From: Eledone cirrhosa
Taxonomy: Eukaryota
DNA: 64,000 nt
Direction: 5' to 3'
Assembly: GCA_964016885.1 (NCBI GenBank)
Contig: OZ024742.1
Span: forward strand, 280,550,001-280,614,000
Of the stretch, positions 31,032 to 45,753 are shown piece after piece (position 1 is the stretch's first letter; each line of letters begins with the position of its first letter). Made by a program: the position numbers and the translations under genes. The notes beneath the pieces were generated by a model, which had not been told where the DNA came from, ran no database searches, and saw nothing but the letters and a program-made list of their open reading frames with translations.

Positions 31032-34000
31032 TAAAAAAGGCAACAAAAAGAAAAACCCCGTGACCAAGAAATACCGGGATGGCGGCCGGCGGGGAATAGC
31101 CGTGTCTCTAGGGGAGAACGACCCCTCTAGTCTTGGTTGACACTCGTTCTAGAAATGGTAACACGAAATGATTACCCCTTGGCGGATAAGGATAAAACGC
31201 GACAAAATAAAGTAAATGTCTAATGATAAAATCTCATACCGGATCAGCCGTCACCCGGGTAAAAAAGGGCCGCGTCCCTCAGAGAGGAACCAGACTGGGG
31301 TCGAAAAATCAGCTAATGGTTCAAACCTTCCCATCACTTCGGAGCTGGAGACTTCCCATAACCGGAATACTCCTACTGTTGGCACTCCATGCTCACCACC
31401 AAGAAATCCAAAGAAAAAGAGAGAAAAATGGTCAAGGGAAGATAATAAAGAAGTCCTTGAGGCTTTCTACACTGCCATGTACTACCCATCAAATACATCG
31501 AATACAGAACAGACATATATCTACTGGAAAAAGAAACATCCCGAAAACAGAGGCTATATTGACAGCAACAAACTAGCCAATATACGAAGAAATATTGTAA
31601 GAAAAAAGTTACTAACTGATATAGAAATTGATCAGATCAAGCTATTAGCACAAAGTCAGCGAAGGGAAAATGAAACATGTGCCAGTGAAAACGAGGTAAA
31701 TTGTAACACTTCGAATCCCAGGGTTGGGGCGGAATCATTGGCAACAGAACAAATTAAAGAAAGGATCGAAAAAGTGGAGGGAGTGCATGCACAGGATGAA
31801 ACTCAAAATGAAAATAATGAGATCGTAAATGATAAAGAAATGAATGAGAATGAACTTGCCAACTTGAAGGATGAAATTATGATCGAATGGATGAAAATGA
31901 AAGAATCTGACATGGGGCAACGAGACACCCTCCCTAAGATCCAGAACTCCAAACAGAACCAAAAGATAATACACAAGACTAACATAATTCTCAAAAACAT
32001 TATCATCACAAACAAACTAAACATTACTGATTTAAATCATCTCTATTATGGATCGGCTAAAGTCACCACTCACTTATGTGGAGTGAAGATGAAAAAACAA
32101 AGGAATTCCCACAAGAAATCTACGTGGCAAGAGAACATCAATCGCCAAATAAACCTTCTCCGATCTGACATAGAAATTTTCACAAACTATAAAGTAGGTG
32201 AACATGTTAAACAAACTAAACTTAGAAAACTGAAAAAAAAGTACAGTATAAAATCAACAAGTTACATAGACATGCTGATAGAAATAATCAAACAAAAAGT
32301 GTCTGCCAAAGCTGCTCGTATAAGGCGCTTTGAATAACAATCTAGATTATATAAGGACAATAATATGTTCAAAAACAACCAAAGAAACTTCTACAGAAAA
32401 ATTGGTAAGTCAACAATAGCTGCTAAATCAATACCACCCAAGGAGGAAGTGCAAGAATTCTGGGAAAAGATCTGGGCCGAAAAAAAAGTTCATAACATAC
32501 ATGCCCCATGGATAGACAGACAAATGAAAGATACAGCTCACCTTGAGGAACAAATATGGGAAAATATAACAGTTGAACAGTTGCGCTTGGCTCTAAGAAA
32601 AACCAGAAAATGGAAATCCCCAGGAAAAGACAAAATACAAAACTTTTGGATAAATGCCTTCACAGAGTCTCATGAGCTGTTAGCCCAACTTTACAATGAA
32701 ATTAAGGAGCCAGAAAAGATACCATCATGGCTAGTTAACGGCATTACATTCCTGCTTCCGAAGAATGATGAGATAAACAAGCCCAAAAATTACAGACCGA
32801 TAACTTGCTTGACCACAATGTATAACATTTTAACATCAGTCCTAACTGAATACACATATGACCACCTGATAACAAATGACCTATTTCCCATTGAGCAGAA
32901 AGGGTGTAAACGAGGCTCATATGGCTGTAAGGATCAGCTTCTGGTTAAGAAAATGATACTGGAAGATTGTCATAATAGACACAAACATGTATCGATTGCT
33001 TGGATAGATTATAAAAAAGCATTCGATAGTTTGCCACACAGTTGGATTGAAAAATGTTTAGAGATTTTCAAAATATCCCCCTTTGTCAGGAGGTTTTTGT
33101 CATTCAGTATGAAGACATGGAAAACGACACTCCTTTTGAATAGTGAAACAAAATCACTGGAAGCTGGAGAAGTTAATATTAATTGTGGAATTTTTCAAGG
33201 TGACTCTTTAACACCGCTTTTATTCTGCATCGCACTTATACCATTAAGTAAAATGCTCAATGAAACAAAACATGGATATAAAGTCTATGACAAAACCATT
33301 AATCACTTGTTCTACATGGATGACCTGAAACTATTTGCAAAAAATGATGAACAATTGCTGTGGAGCAGTTCAGTGATGACATTAAAATGGAGTTTGGACT
33401 AGACAAATGCGCCAAAGCAACGTTCACCAGAGGAAAGCTGCTGAAGTGTTCAGACATTAATCTTGATCGGGGGAACGTGATAAGAGAACTTGATCAAGAA
33501 AAAACTTGTTTGTGAAGGAGACGGAATCAAGCACTCGACAATGAGGGAAAGGATAAGGAAGGAATGTTACCGCAGAGTAAGAGCAATCTTAAGAACGGAA
33601 TTGAATGCAAGGAATAGGATCGATGCCATAAACACGCTTGCCATACCAGTAGTAACCTACAATTACAATGTCATCAACTGGTCAAGCACAGAGATCCGTA
33701 GGCTCGATACAAAAATTCGAAAACTCTTAACCATGCACAGAATGCATCACCCTAAGGCAGATATAGATAGAATATATCTCCCTAGGAAAGAAGGAGGACG
33801 TGGGATAATCCAGTTAGACATTGCGTTGAAAACTGCAACAATTGGATTATCTACATATCTAAGGGAATCACATGATTGGATGATCAAACTCGTTTTGAAA
33901 CACGAAAGCATCAAAAGATCATATTCCATTACAAAAGATGCACAAAGATACAGTAATGGACTACAGATTTCAGAAGTCCCATTTACTGCTGAAATGGAAA

Positions 34001-34998
34001 ACACAGAAAAAGCAAAGCAGGTAAAAGTAACTGCAAAGAAAGAACTGCTACAGAAACTGGCTAAGAAATGGCAAGAAAAGCCTCTGTATGGAAAATACCC
34101 AGAGCGAGCTAACAATCCTGATGTTGACAAAACTTTAACCCATCAGTGGTTGGCATCCTCTGGACTGAAATCGGAAACTGAAGGACTGATTATATCAGCA
34201 CAAGATCAGTGTGTGCCAACAAAAAATTACCAAGCCAACATCATAAAAACTGGATGCAGCCCATTATGCCGTGTATGCAAAAAACAACCAGAGACCATTG
34301 ACCATATAATTTCAATGTGCAGTCCTATAGCTCCAACCGAATACCTAAACAGGCATGACAGAGCTGCACAATACATACATTGGATAATGTGTAAGCATTT
34401 TGACCTGCCCCATCAAAAGAATTGGTGGGAGCATCAACCACCTCCCATACTTGAAAAAGATCACATCTCAATCTTGTGGAATTTAGCATCCAAACAGACC
34501 GAAAAATAGATGCAAATAGACCTGATATAATATTGAATGACTTTAAAAAGAGGGTATGCCTGCTAATTGATATGTCTGTTCCAATAGACAAGAATGTATC
34601 TATAAAAACATTTGAAAAATTGAGCAAGTATAAGGACCTGGAGATAGAAATTGGAAAAATGTGGAAATTGAGAACTAAAACAATACCAGTGGTTGTTGGC
34701 GCTCTGGGAATGATACCTAAGGGGTCTAATGATTACTTATCGCAAATCCCAGGAAACCCGCGTATAGGAGAAATACAAAAGATAGTACTAATGGGAACTG
34801 CCCATATACTAAGGACGATTCTGTCAATATAAGTACATCACAAGACTAAACACTAAAGATGCATGTGTGAGTATGTATGTTCTTTCTTGAACATGGCGGA
34901 CCTTGTTGTCTCTTGAGGTCACTGGTTGTCACTTGGTGATAACTCGTATGAACATAAAGCAAGATAAATGCAACTGTAATAATAATAATAATAATAAT
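31032..34998 (+). mobile_element. Apparently full-length R4/Dong family B element, inactivated
   Basis: Structured 5' UTR, ATG 31216, N-terminal REKWSREDN..LANIRRNI domain, RT (YMDDLK), CCHC and RPDII..D endonuclease to 34832. Stop at 32335 plus frameshifts; (TAA)n tail. Confidence 0.93.
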
Positions 34999-37065
34999 TT
35001 ACCAACTATAGACCTATCACATGTCTGTCCGTAATGTGGAAACTGTTGACAAGCATTATGTCTGAGGAAATCTACCATCACCTCCACACAAACAACTTGT
35101 TACCGGACGAACAGAAAGGATGCCGAAAGAAGTCCCTTGGTACAAAGGACCAGTTACTTATTGATAAGATCGTAATGAGGAATTGGAAGAGGAGACACAC
35201 TGGTCTTGCCATGGGATGGATAGACTACAAAAAGGCATTTGACATGGTGCTTCATTCTTGGATCACCAAAAGACTGGAGACTTTCAAGGTGGCAGATAAT
35301 ATCAGACAGTTGTTGGGCAAAAGTATGAAGTCCTGGGAAACAGAGTTAACATCAGCTGGAGAATCCTTGGGAGGCGTGAAGATCAAGAGAGGTATCTTCC
35401 AGGGAGATAGTCTGTCCCCTCTGTTGTTTGTCCTTGCCCTGATGTCCCTGACCATTATACTGCGAAAAGTGAGAGCAGGTACAAGTTGGGAAAGGGAGAG
35501 CTTACCATCAATCACCTCCTATTCATGGAAGATCTTAAGCTCTTCGGGAAGTGCGAGAAGGAGTTGGATGTGCTTGTTGACACTGTCCGTATTTTCAGCA
35601 ATGATATATGTATGCAATTTGGTATTAGTAAGTGTGGAGTCATTGTGATGAAGATGGGTAAATTGAGCAGAAGCAACGGAATCTAGGTGCCAACAGGTGA
35701 GATGATAAAGGAAATTGACACTGAAGAAGAATACAAGTATTTGGGTATTCTGGAGGCTGATGACATCAAGAATAAAAAAATGAAGGAATTATTAAGATCT
35801 GAATACATTCGGAGAGAAAGGAGCGATTTAAAGTCACATCTGAACAGTAGGAATGTCATAAGTGCAGTAAATTCCCGAGCTGTGGCTATTATTAGGTACA
35901 GTGCGGGAATTCTGACATGGAATGTTGCTGTACAAAAAGAAATGGATAGGAAGACTAGGAAATTATTGACTATCTACAACATGTTCCACAAGAGGAGTGA
36001 TGTCGATAGACTCAACTTAAGGAGATCTGAAGGTGGAAGAGGACATATCAGCATAGAGGACTGTGTTCAGATGGAGAAAAACAACCTTCACAAATACGTG
36101 ACTGATAGGAAGGAGCCAATGCTCAGAACTGTTCTGAAGGAGAGGACAATAGACCAGGGGATATCCAGGGAGGAAATAACAACAAGGAGCAAGAGAAGCC
36201 TTCAGGAAAAATCCCTTCATATTACCTTCTTTGAGAAAACTGAATGCAGAGATCCACAGACATGGAACTGGTTGAAAAGAGGAGACCTTCAAAAGGCTAC
36301 AGAAGGAATGTTAATGGCTGCGCAAGAGCAGGCCCTCAAAACGAAGTGGTTGAAACACCACATTTACAAGGAGGTGGCTAGCCCACTGTGCAGGAACTGT
36401 GGAGAGAGAGAGAGGAGACTGTGGCTCACATTGTATCCGAGTGTAAACACCTAGCCCAGACTCGTTATAAAGGCTGGAGACATGATGTGATGGGCAGGGT
36501 GATCCACTGGCACCTATGCAAAGTAAACAATTTACCACATTCTGAGAAGTGGTATGAGCATAAGCCAGAGTCGGTGATAGAAAACGATCAGGTGAAGGTG
36601 CTATGGGATTTTAGGATACAGACGGACAAGAATCTGGAACACAATAGACCTGACCTGGTGGCTGTGGACAAATAAAAAAGAGCGTGCATGATTGTGGATG
36701 TGGCCTGCCCATTCGACACGAGAGTGCAAGAGAAGGAGAGGGAGAAAATTAACCGATACCAGGACTTAAAGTGAGAGGTAAAAAGGATTTGGAACTGCCA
36801 TGAAGTCAAAGTGTTCCCGATTGTCATAGGCGCACTAGGTTCTATCTCAAAAGGGTTACAGGGATGGTTAAAGAAAATTGACCCCTTCACGCTTTTCGGA
36901 ACGCTTCAAAAGGCATGCTTGCTGGGAACAGCAAGAACCCTCAGATACGTCCTGAATATCTGAGGCTGCAGGTAGTGGCTTGATATTCATTTCAACAAAC
37001 TTTCCAGTTAACTAACATCAATGACTGAGACTCAAAGAATAATAATAATAATAATAATAATAATA
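34999..37065 (+). mobile_element. R4/Dong family A, 5'-truncated
   Basis: Begins at NYRPITCL immediately after the tail of the previous element; contains frameshifts and stops. Confidence 0.93.
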
Positions 37066-38000
37066 CAATGCTCATAATTGTACTGAAGGAGAGGACAATA
37101 GACCAGGGGATGTCCAAGGATGAAATAACAACATGGAGAAAGAGCAGCCTTCAGGAAAAATCCCTTCATAGTACCTTCTCTGAGAAAACTGAATTCAGAG
37201 ATCCACAGACATGGAACTGGTTGAAAAGAGGAGACCTTCAAAAGGCTACAGAAGGAATGCTAATGGCTGTGCAAGAGCAGGCCCTCAAAACGATGTGGTT
37301 GAAACACCATATTTACAAGGAGGAGGCTAGCCCACTGTGCAGGATCTGTGGAGAGAGAGAGAGGCGACTGTGGCTCACGTTGTATCCGAGTGTAAACACC
37401 TAGCCCAGACTCTCTATAAGGGCTGGAGACATGATGTGATGGGCAGGGTGATCCCCTGGCACCTATGCAAAGTAAACTATTTACCTCATTCTGAGAAGTG
37501 GTATGAGCATAAGCCAGAGTAGTGATAGAAAACGAACAGGTGAAGGTGCTGTGGAATTTTAATATACAGACGGACAAGAAACTGGAACACAATAGACCTG
37601 ACCTGGTGGTTGTGGACAAAGAAAAAAGATCGTGACTGATTGTGGATGTGGCCTGCCCATTCGACCCGAGAGTGCAAGAGAAGGAGAGGGAGAAAATTAA
37701 CCGATACCAGGACTTAAAGTGGGAGGTAAAAAGGATTTGGAACTGCCAAAAAAGGATTTGTCATAGGCGCATTAGATACTATCACAAAAAGTTTCCAGGG
37801 ATGGTTAAAGAAAATTGGCCCCGCCACGCTTTTTGGAACGCTTCAAAAGACATGCTTGCTGGGAACAGCAAGAACCCTCCGATACGTCCTGAATATCTGA
37901 GGCTGCAGGTAGTGGCTTGATATTCATTTCAACAAACTTTCCAGTTAACTCACATCAATGACTGAGAATCGAAGAACAATAATAATAATAATAATAGTAA
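37066..38000 (+). mobile_element. R4/Dong family A, short 3' copy
   Basis: CCHC and endonuclease region with the same 3' UTR and a TAA tail. Confidence 0.9.
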
Positions 38001-38606
38001 TGAGAATAAAAATGATGATGGTGATGAGGATGATGAAGATGAAGTTGGTCCTGATGATTATGATGCAAAATTATTTATGGTGATTATGATCATCATGATA
38101 AGTATGATGTTGATGAGGGTGATGATAATGATGATGGTAATGATGAGGATAATAATAGTAATAATATGGCACTTGTAATAATATTTTTTTATAATAATAA
38201 TAATGGTAATGATATTAATAACATAGTAATATTATTATAGTTAATAAAAATAATAATAACAACAACAAATCATCAACTACACCAACAATAACGGAAATAG
38301 CATCAATACCAAAAAAACAATAATACATAAATAAATACTAAATAAACAATTCAAATAAAATTTCAAGTCTGTCATCTTCTCATATCTGTTTATATATTTT
38401 ATGTTTTGATTTTGTTGTCGTTTATTTCTTGTTTCTTTTTCTATAATGTTCGTGTGTTTTATCTATTTTGTTTCACAATTCCTAAATATTACAAAATACA
38501 TTTCAGAGCTTTGCAATTCGGTAAATGGAAATATCATGCAATTACAGAATTAGTTGTTTTCAAATGTTTTTAAAATTATATTTTGCTTTAGTTCGTCGTC
38601 ATGTCT

Positions 38607-38660
<54 letters not shown>

Positions 38661-39497
38661 CTTCTTATTTTCTTTGTTTGTTTGTTTTGTTTTGACGCGG
38701 TGACAAGCAGTTCACTAATATTTAACCAGGAGTCGTAAGCACTTCACTCTTACTCCTATTCTTGTGGGACGAGCAGAATTATAATCAAAAGTAGTATACT
38801 TGTGGCTACGTCATCGATTTCTTGAGCAGCTCATGATGGTGGTGATGATGACAATGATGACGATATTGATGACGATAATGATGATAATGATGGATCTTTC
38901 GTCGCTCTCGATAATGAATACGTAGTCGTTCTATCAACCGAAGAAGTAATTTAGATTTTCACAGACACGTTTACGATTTACGTAATTCCGAATACAAAGC
39001 AGTATGATACAATATATGACAAGGCTGGACGAGTGAATTACGATTTTAATCCGTGAGACGGGGTTTCACAAAGATTCTACCTGCCCAATTTCAATCAAAA
39101 TGCTAGGATCTATCTCAAACTATTACAAAGACGATTGCCTAAGAAACCAGGCAGAGAGATCGAACATGAAACCTTATGATAGCAAAGCAAACTTCATAAC
39201 CCCTGAAAGGTCGATAACTTATTTATGAGTCTGTCCATTCCTCGCATAGATGTTCGCTAGTCTGTTAGTGACAGTATGAATACATTACTTCACCATATTT
39301 GCTGCTACAAGCTTATTTACCTGTTCATTAAGTCGGAGATCCATTCAAGTATGTGATTTGAGTGATATTTGGTTATTATTTCTGAAGTCTGTCGAGCCAC
39401 CACGTAATAAATCTTTTCAATCTATAAATCAAATACTTTACTACGCTGGCTGCTATACGTTCGCACTGATTTTTTAAGTCAGTAGCAAGACAGCATA

Positions 39498-39625
39498 TTG
39501 GCAGTCGGTAGAGCGTCAGATTAAAATTGTAGATATTTATTGCTACTCTTTGTATTCAGAATTTAAATTCCCTAGGTCAATTGTTGCCTCTTTTCATTTG
39601 GTGGTCAATAAAAAAGTACCAATCC
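39498..39625 (+). mobile_element. Diverged tRNA-SINE copy
   Basis: tggcagtcggtagagcgtc..gcctcttttcatttggtggtcaataaaaaagtacc. Confidence 0.5.
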
Positions 39626-40117
39626 TTTAGTGCGGTCGATTCGTTATTTCTTTCACTTTTCATTCTGCTCTTGAACAAATCGGCTATGGTTTGACTAGGC
39701 GAGTCATGGGCTTCATAGGATTTCTAATGACGAAGATATGGTGTATGTTAAAGTGGTACCTCCACGAATCCAGCGGGCGTTGAGAACCCTTATTTTAGTT
39801 TGTTGTCCATTCCATTCCATGTAATTTTGATAGCAATATCAGAGTAGTGCTTGATTTGAAGGATATTTGGTTGCTATTTCTGAAGCCTTCAAAACCCACC
39901 ACTCTATCTACAGAACAATTACTTCATTACGTTGGCTGATATAAGTCAAGTCTATTTACTTCTTTAAGTCAATTGTTGGTTGTTTAATTGTTTCTCTATT
40001 TCCCTGTTATTCTGTTTACAGACAGCTTTGATCAGCATTCAACAATGATATATATATTTGATATGACATCAACATAAATTCCTATTTATCTTTGATAACA
40101 GGAAATAAAACTATCAT

Positions 40118-40258
<141 letters not shown>

Positions 40259-40461
40259 ACAATAATCCTGAGCTCACATAATTGTTGACGAGTGTGCTTA
40301 GTTATACAGACACTCACAGTAACACGAATACATACACAAATATGATTCCGTGTTTGTACATGTTTGACGTATACATATAAAAGCACACATGCACACACAT
40401 ATATACATTTATGTATATACACACAAACACACACGGGCTCGCGCACATACGTACACATGCA

Positions 40462-40529
<68 letters not shown>

Positions 40530-40531
<2 letters not shown>

Positions 40532-41190
40532 ATAGAAATGGCTGTGTAGTTGGTATTTAAGGTAACTTAAAATGCAGTAGGAATACGAGAAAAGCAAGAA
40601 CGGAGGGTGGGGTGAGGGATTTTTCTTCATCAGTTGTCTACTGGGGTTCTCGGATATTTAAAGACAATATATCTCGCCCCAGAGCGAGCGTCAATAACTG
40701 TATAAGTTATTGGGAAAATTGAGGGGGGAGGCAGAAAAGAGAAAACAGTAAAAAAACACCGAAAAAATAACAAACCGAGCAATGTGCGAGCAACTTAAGG
40801 GAAGGAAATCCAAGACCACTCGATAGAGAACTTAAGTTCAAGACTGATTCGTCGAGAGAAAAAAGACATACGTCTGATCGTCGCAGTTGAGAAGAGAAAT
40901 GCTAAACGGCCAGAAGAGGGGGTGAAAGTAAGGGGGAGAAAGGGTGAGGAAGAAAGTGGGGTAAGCGTAGATAGGGAGAAAGGGAGTGTAAGAAAGAGGG
41001 GTGAGAGTAGAAAGTAGCGAAATAGGTAGGTAGAAGGGAGAGATGAATGGCCACAGCGAAAACATGATGAAATATATGGAGAATAGAAATGGTTGTGTAG
41101 TTGTTATTTAATGTAACTTAAAATGCAGTAGGAATACGAAGAAGCAAGAACTTTCCTAATCAGTTGTCTACTGAGGGTCTCGGATAATTC
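40530..41190 (-). mobile_element. Non-autonomous repeat with terminal direct repeats (period about 550) and an HHR remnant
   Basis: 40530-40660 is repeated at 41081-41190. The minus strand is pyrimidine-rich and has gagatatattgtctttaaa..caaCTGATGAag, resembling 59283-59343. Confidence 0.6.
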
Positions 41191-41261
41191 TACGCTTTAA
41201 ATATATATATATGTATATATATTGTTGAACAATGAAACAAGTTGAAGTGGTGTAATTATTC

Positions 41262-41364
41262 CATTGTTTTAAGATAGTTTCACAAATCAAAATTATCTTT
41301 ATGCAGACTATATATAAACCTTGAAAATGTACATTCATTCTTCCATCTATCGTCAGAAACAATG
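41262..41364 (-). ncRNA. Degenerate type I hammerhead
   Basis: cattgttt CTGACGA tagat..atttgt GAAA ctatct TA aaacaatg: 8-bp helix I, damaged helix III. Confidence 0.6.
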
Positions 41365-41684
41365 ACTTGCTCAAATTTTGATTAAACAAGTAAGTCAGCA
41401 GGAGTCATGGGAGAAAAGTTAGATCAAGTATCGATACATAAATACACACTTAAATATATATATATATATATATATTTGTGTGTGTCTGTGTGTGGGTGTA
41501 TGTGCCGCGTATATATTTGCAGAGAGAAACATTTTAATTTTGCAATTAGGTTCTCCTCTTGTACGCTAAATTTATTTACATTAATGCATTTAAATATCAA
41601 ATTAATTTCAATTACCTATATCATCACCTACATCTATCTATCCCTCTACCTATAAATCTATCTATCTATTTATCTCAATCCCCC

Positions 41685-41748
<64 letters not shown>

Positions 41749-42266
41749 GTGTGTGCGTGTGTGCGTGTGTGTGTGTGAGTATAAATCAGAGAGATATTGA
41801 GAGAGGTTATTTATTTATTATATTGTAATTATTCGATCACACGTATTCAATGATTTAATGATTCATTCGGCTTCATACAAATAGGAATACAAATGGTTTT
41901 AATGAGAATATCAGAATTAGCTTCCCACCAACATCGTTGGTTGCGTTAATTTACAGAGGAATTCGATTTTCATTTAAAGTTACGCTACAAAAATGAAAAC
42001 GTTTCCATATATTTTGACTGACATTTATTATATTCACCTTTGAAATAACATAGTTTTATCTGCGAGTTTTTTGTCCCTGTGGTTGAGTGGGATTGTTAGG
42101 GGGGTGTTGATACTTTCCTAGAATTGAACATAATATACGTTTGAAAATGTTATAAGGGTATTTTTTAAACATTTAAACTCAATTTCGCTTTATATATTTG
42201 AATAGTTAGAAAGGAATGAAACATAGTTGGAAAGGAATGAAACAAATGTATGTTCTCTCGCATTTC

Positions 42267-42396
<130 letters not shown>

Positions 42397-42565
42397 ATCA
42401 TTATTATTAATATATATATATATATTTATATACTAAAGCACACAATAAACAAACATATATATATATATGAATGATGTAATTCCGTCGGAAAGGTCCAGGA
42501 AAAAAGATTGCTCTATGTAGGTTACAGAGCTTATTAGTTATGTAATAAACAACATGAGACAATTA

Positions 42566-42626
42566 TTTCATTTACCAATGGTTTCTTCAAAGCAAACAAA
42601 ATTTGCTTTCAGTCATCAGAATGAAA
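42566..42626 (-). ncRNA. Type I hammerhead, inverted arm
   Basis: tttcatt CTGATGA ctgaaagcaaa..tttgctttgaa GAAA ccattgg TA aatgaaa. Confidence 0.75.
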
Positions 42627-43795
42627 AATCCTCGTGTATTTATTGACAGTGGATTTTAAAAACAAAAATATAATCTATATGAAAGTGAGGCTGGAAAAGG
42701 AAGAAGGAAATGAAAAAGAATAAATATAAAAGTAGATAAACACACATGCACACACACACACACACGCCCGCACACACACATATACATCCACATATTTATA
42801 TATATATATATACATACACACATATATATACACACGTACATACACACACTTACATACACACATATATACACGGATACATACGCACACACATATATGTACA
42901 CATACCTACATACGCACACACACAATTAATTATAAGACAAAATAAAAATAAAAAACAATGGACAACCATATAATGCAATAGGCAGTCACATAAAAATAAA
43001 AAATAAAAAAATATACGACTTAAGAAAAATTCTAATTGTAGGAGAATAAATCCAGGATGCAGTTGCAGGAAACCGGATGAATGCCCATTACAGGGCAAAG
43101 GAAATACCAAATCCGTTGTATATGAGGCCAAAGTGACACCTTTGATTAACAACCAGCCAGCCGGGCGTGAACGATATGTTGGCATGACACAGGACAGGTT
43201 CAAAACCAGGTTTTATGCACATGTCGCTTCTTTTAAACACTCTGATAAAAGAACAGCAACGGCTCTCGCAAATAAGGTGTGGGAATTCAAAGATAAAAAA
43301 CATCCCGTACTCTAACGATTGGTCTATTTTAGACCATTCGAGGGAATACCAACGGGGCACAAAGAATTGATCTTTGTGTACCACTGAAAAATTTAGGATT
43401 CTACAAATTTAAAGCCACTTCAACTTGCCTGAACTCCAAGCCCGAGATCTTCAGATGTTGTCCTCACCTGGAATCATATCTGCTCTGTAACTGGATTGAC
43501 ATTCCTACGTGACTCAACCACCTTGTACTTCTTCTCTGCTCTCTACGCCTTACATCCACTACGATTTGTATTACTCTCTGAACTCACTTTTCTGTACTCT
43601 TATATCCTTTTTCCTGTTATTTATTTTCCTTATTCCCCCCTACTTTCTGCCTTACCCTTTACATACCCACCTTTTTTTATTTATAGATATTTATTTCTGT
43701 GTGTATGTATGTGTTGTGTATATGTGTATATGTATGTATATATATATGTGTATATAATTATATATATCTGTACGTATATGTATGTGTGTATATAT

Positions 43796-43895
<100 letters not shown>

Positions 43896-44403
43896 CTGGG
43901 GGTGTGTGTTTATATGTGTGTGTGTATTTTTATTAATGTGGTGACGTAACCTTTTGTATAAATGTGTGTGTCTGTATATTAGTGTGTGTGTATATGTGTA
44001 TTTATATATAAATATATATATATTTATATGTATATATATATAATAGCCGTCAAAACGGTTTGAGCTCTGCTGTCGGGGTCATACTTTTTCATATATATAT
44101 ATACATGTATATATATATATATGTGTATATGTATGTATATATATATATGTATATATGTGTGTATTTGTATGGTTGTGTGTGTGTATATATATGTGTATGT
44201 ATATGCATAATTTCATACGGAGTGATTTAATGTTTATTTTCATTGATTATTTGCTCCAGGAATTTGTTGAGTGCTCTAAATTAGGTATAAACATTTATAC
44301 CTTCATCTATTTATTTATTTATTTATTATTTGTCGTATTCCCAACTATTTGTTTACCCTCCACCTTTTTACTTTTATATATATATATAATATTTATGCAT
44401 TTT

Positions 44404-44464
<61 letters not shown>

Positions 44465-44523
44465 ATATATATGTATAGATATATATCAGAATTGGATATA
44501 TATATATATATATAAGAATTGTA

Positions 44524-44624
<101 letters not shown>

Positions 44625-45100
44625 GTGTGTGAATGTGTGTGTATCTATATATTTATATGTATGTATGTGTATGTGTAAATGTGTGTATTGCTTACCACGT
44701 GTGTTTGTTTATTTATTTGTGTCCTTTCCTGTATCGCTGTCAACTTTATAATAATTTTTATTTTCTTAAGTCGAATATTTTTCATGGCACTTTATGGTTG
44801 TCCATTGTTTTTTATTTTTATTTATTCTTATAATTAATTGTGTGTGTGCGTATGTAGGTGTGTGTACTTATATCTATATATGTGTGTGCGTATGTATGCG
44901 TGTATATATGTGTGTATGTATGTGTGTCTATGTACGTGTGTTTATATATGTATGATTATGTGTGTGTGTATATATATATATATATATGTGTGTGTTTGTA
45001 TATTTATGTGTATGTGTATGTATGTATGTATGTATATATATATATATGTATATATGTATATATATTTATATATATGTGAATGTGTATATATGTGTGTATG

Positions 45101-45194
<94 letters not shown>

Positions 45195-45392
45195 TATATA
45201 TATATATTTATATATATATATATATGGGTGTGTGTATGTATATGTGTGTGTGCATGCGTGTGTGTGTGCATGTGTGTTTATCTACTTTCATATTTATTCT
45301 TTTTTCCTTTCCTGCTTCCTTTTCCATCCTCACTTTCATAGAGATTATATATTTGTTTTTAAAATCCACTGCGAATAAATACACCAGGATTT

Positions 45393-45453
45393 TTTCATTC
45401 TGATGACTGAAAGCAAATTCTGTTTGCTTTCAAGAAACCACTGGTAAATGAAA
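45393..45453 (+). ncRNA. Type I hammerhead ribozyme
   Basis: tttcatt CTGATGA c tgaaagcaaa ttctg tttgctttca a GAAA ccactgg TA aatgaaa: 7-bp helix I, 10-bp helix II. Confidence 0.82.
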
Positions 45454-45484
45454 TAATTATATCATGTTGTTTATTACATAACTA

Positions 45485-45524
<40 letters not shown>

Positions 45525-45587
45525 ACTTACGTTAAGTAGAACCGAATGTGTGTACATATGCTTCAAAATGTGACTTCGATTCTACTT

Positions 45588-45630
<43 letters not shown>

Positions 45631-45673
45631 ATCTCTCTCTCTCACACACTCTCTCTCTCTCCCTCTCTCACTC

Positions 45674-45734
<61 letters not shown>

Positions 45735-45753
45735 TTATATATATATATATATT

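Noticed and set aside
21571-37677. Minus-strand ORFs overlapping the Dong elements
   Set aside because: Antisense shadow frames with no recognisable motifs.
38965-39052. Possible exon (ttttcacag..gtgaga) with an open frame
   Set aside because: No recognisable protein and no consistent partner exons; needs RNA-seq.
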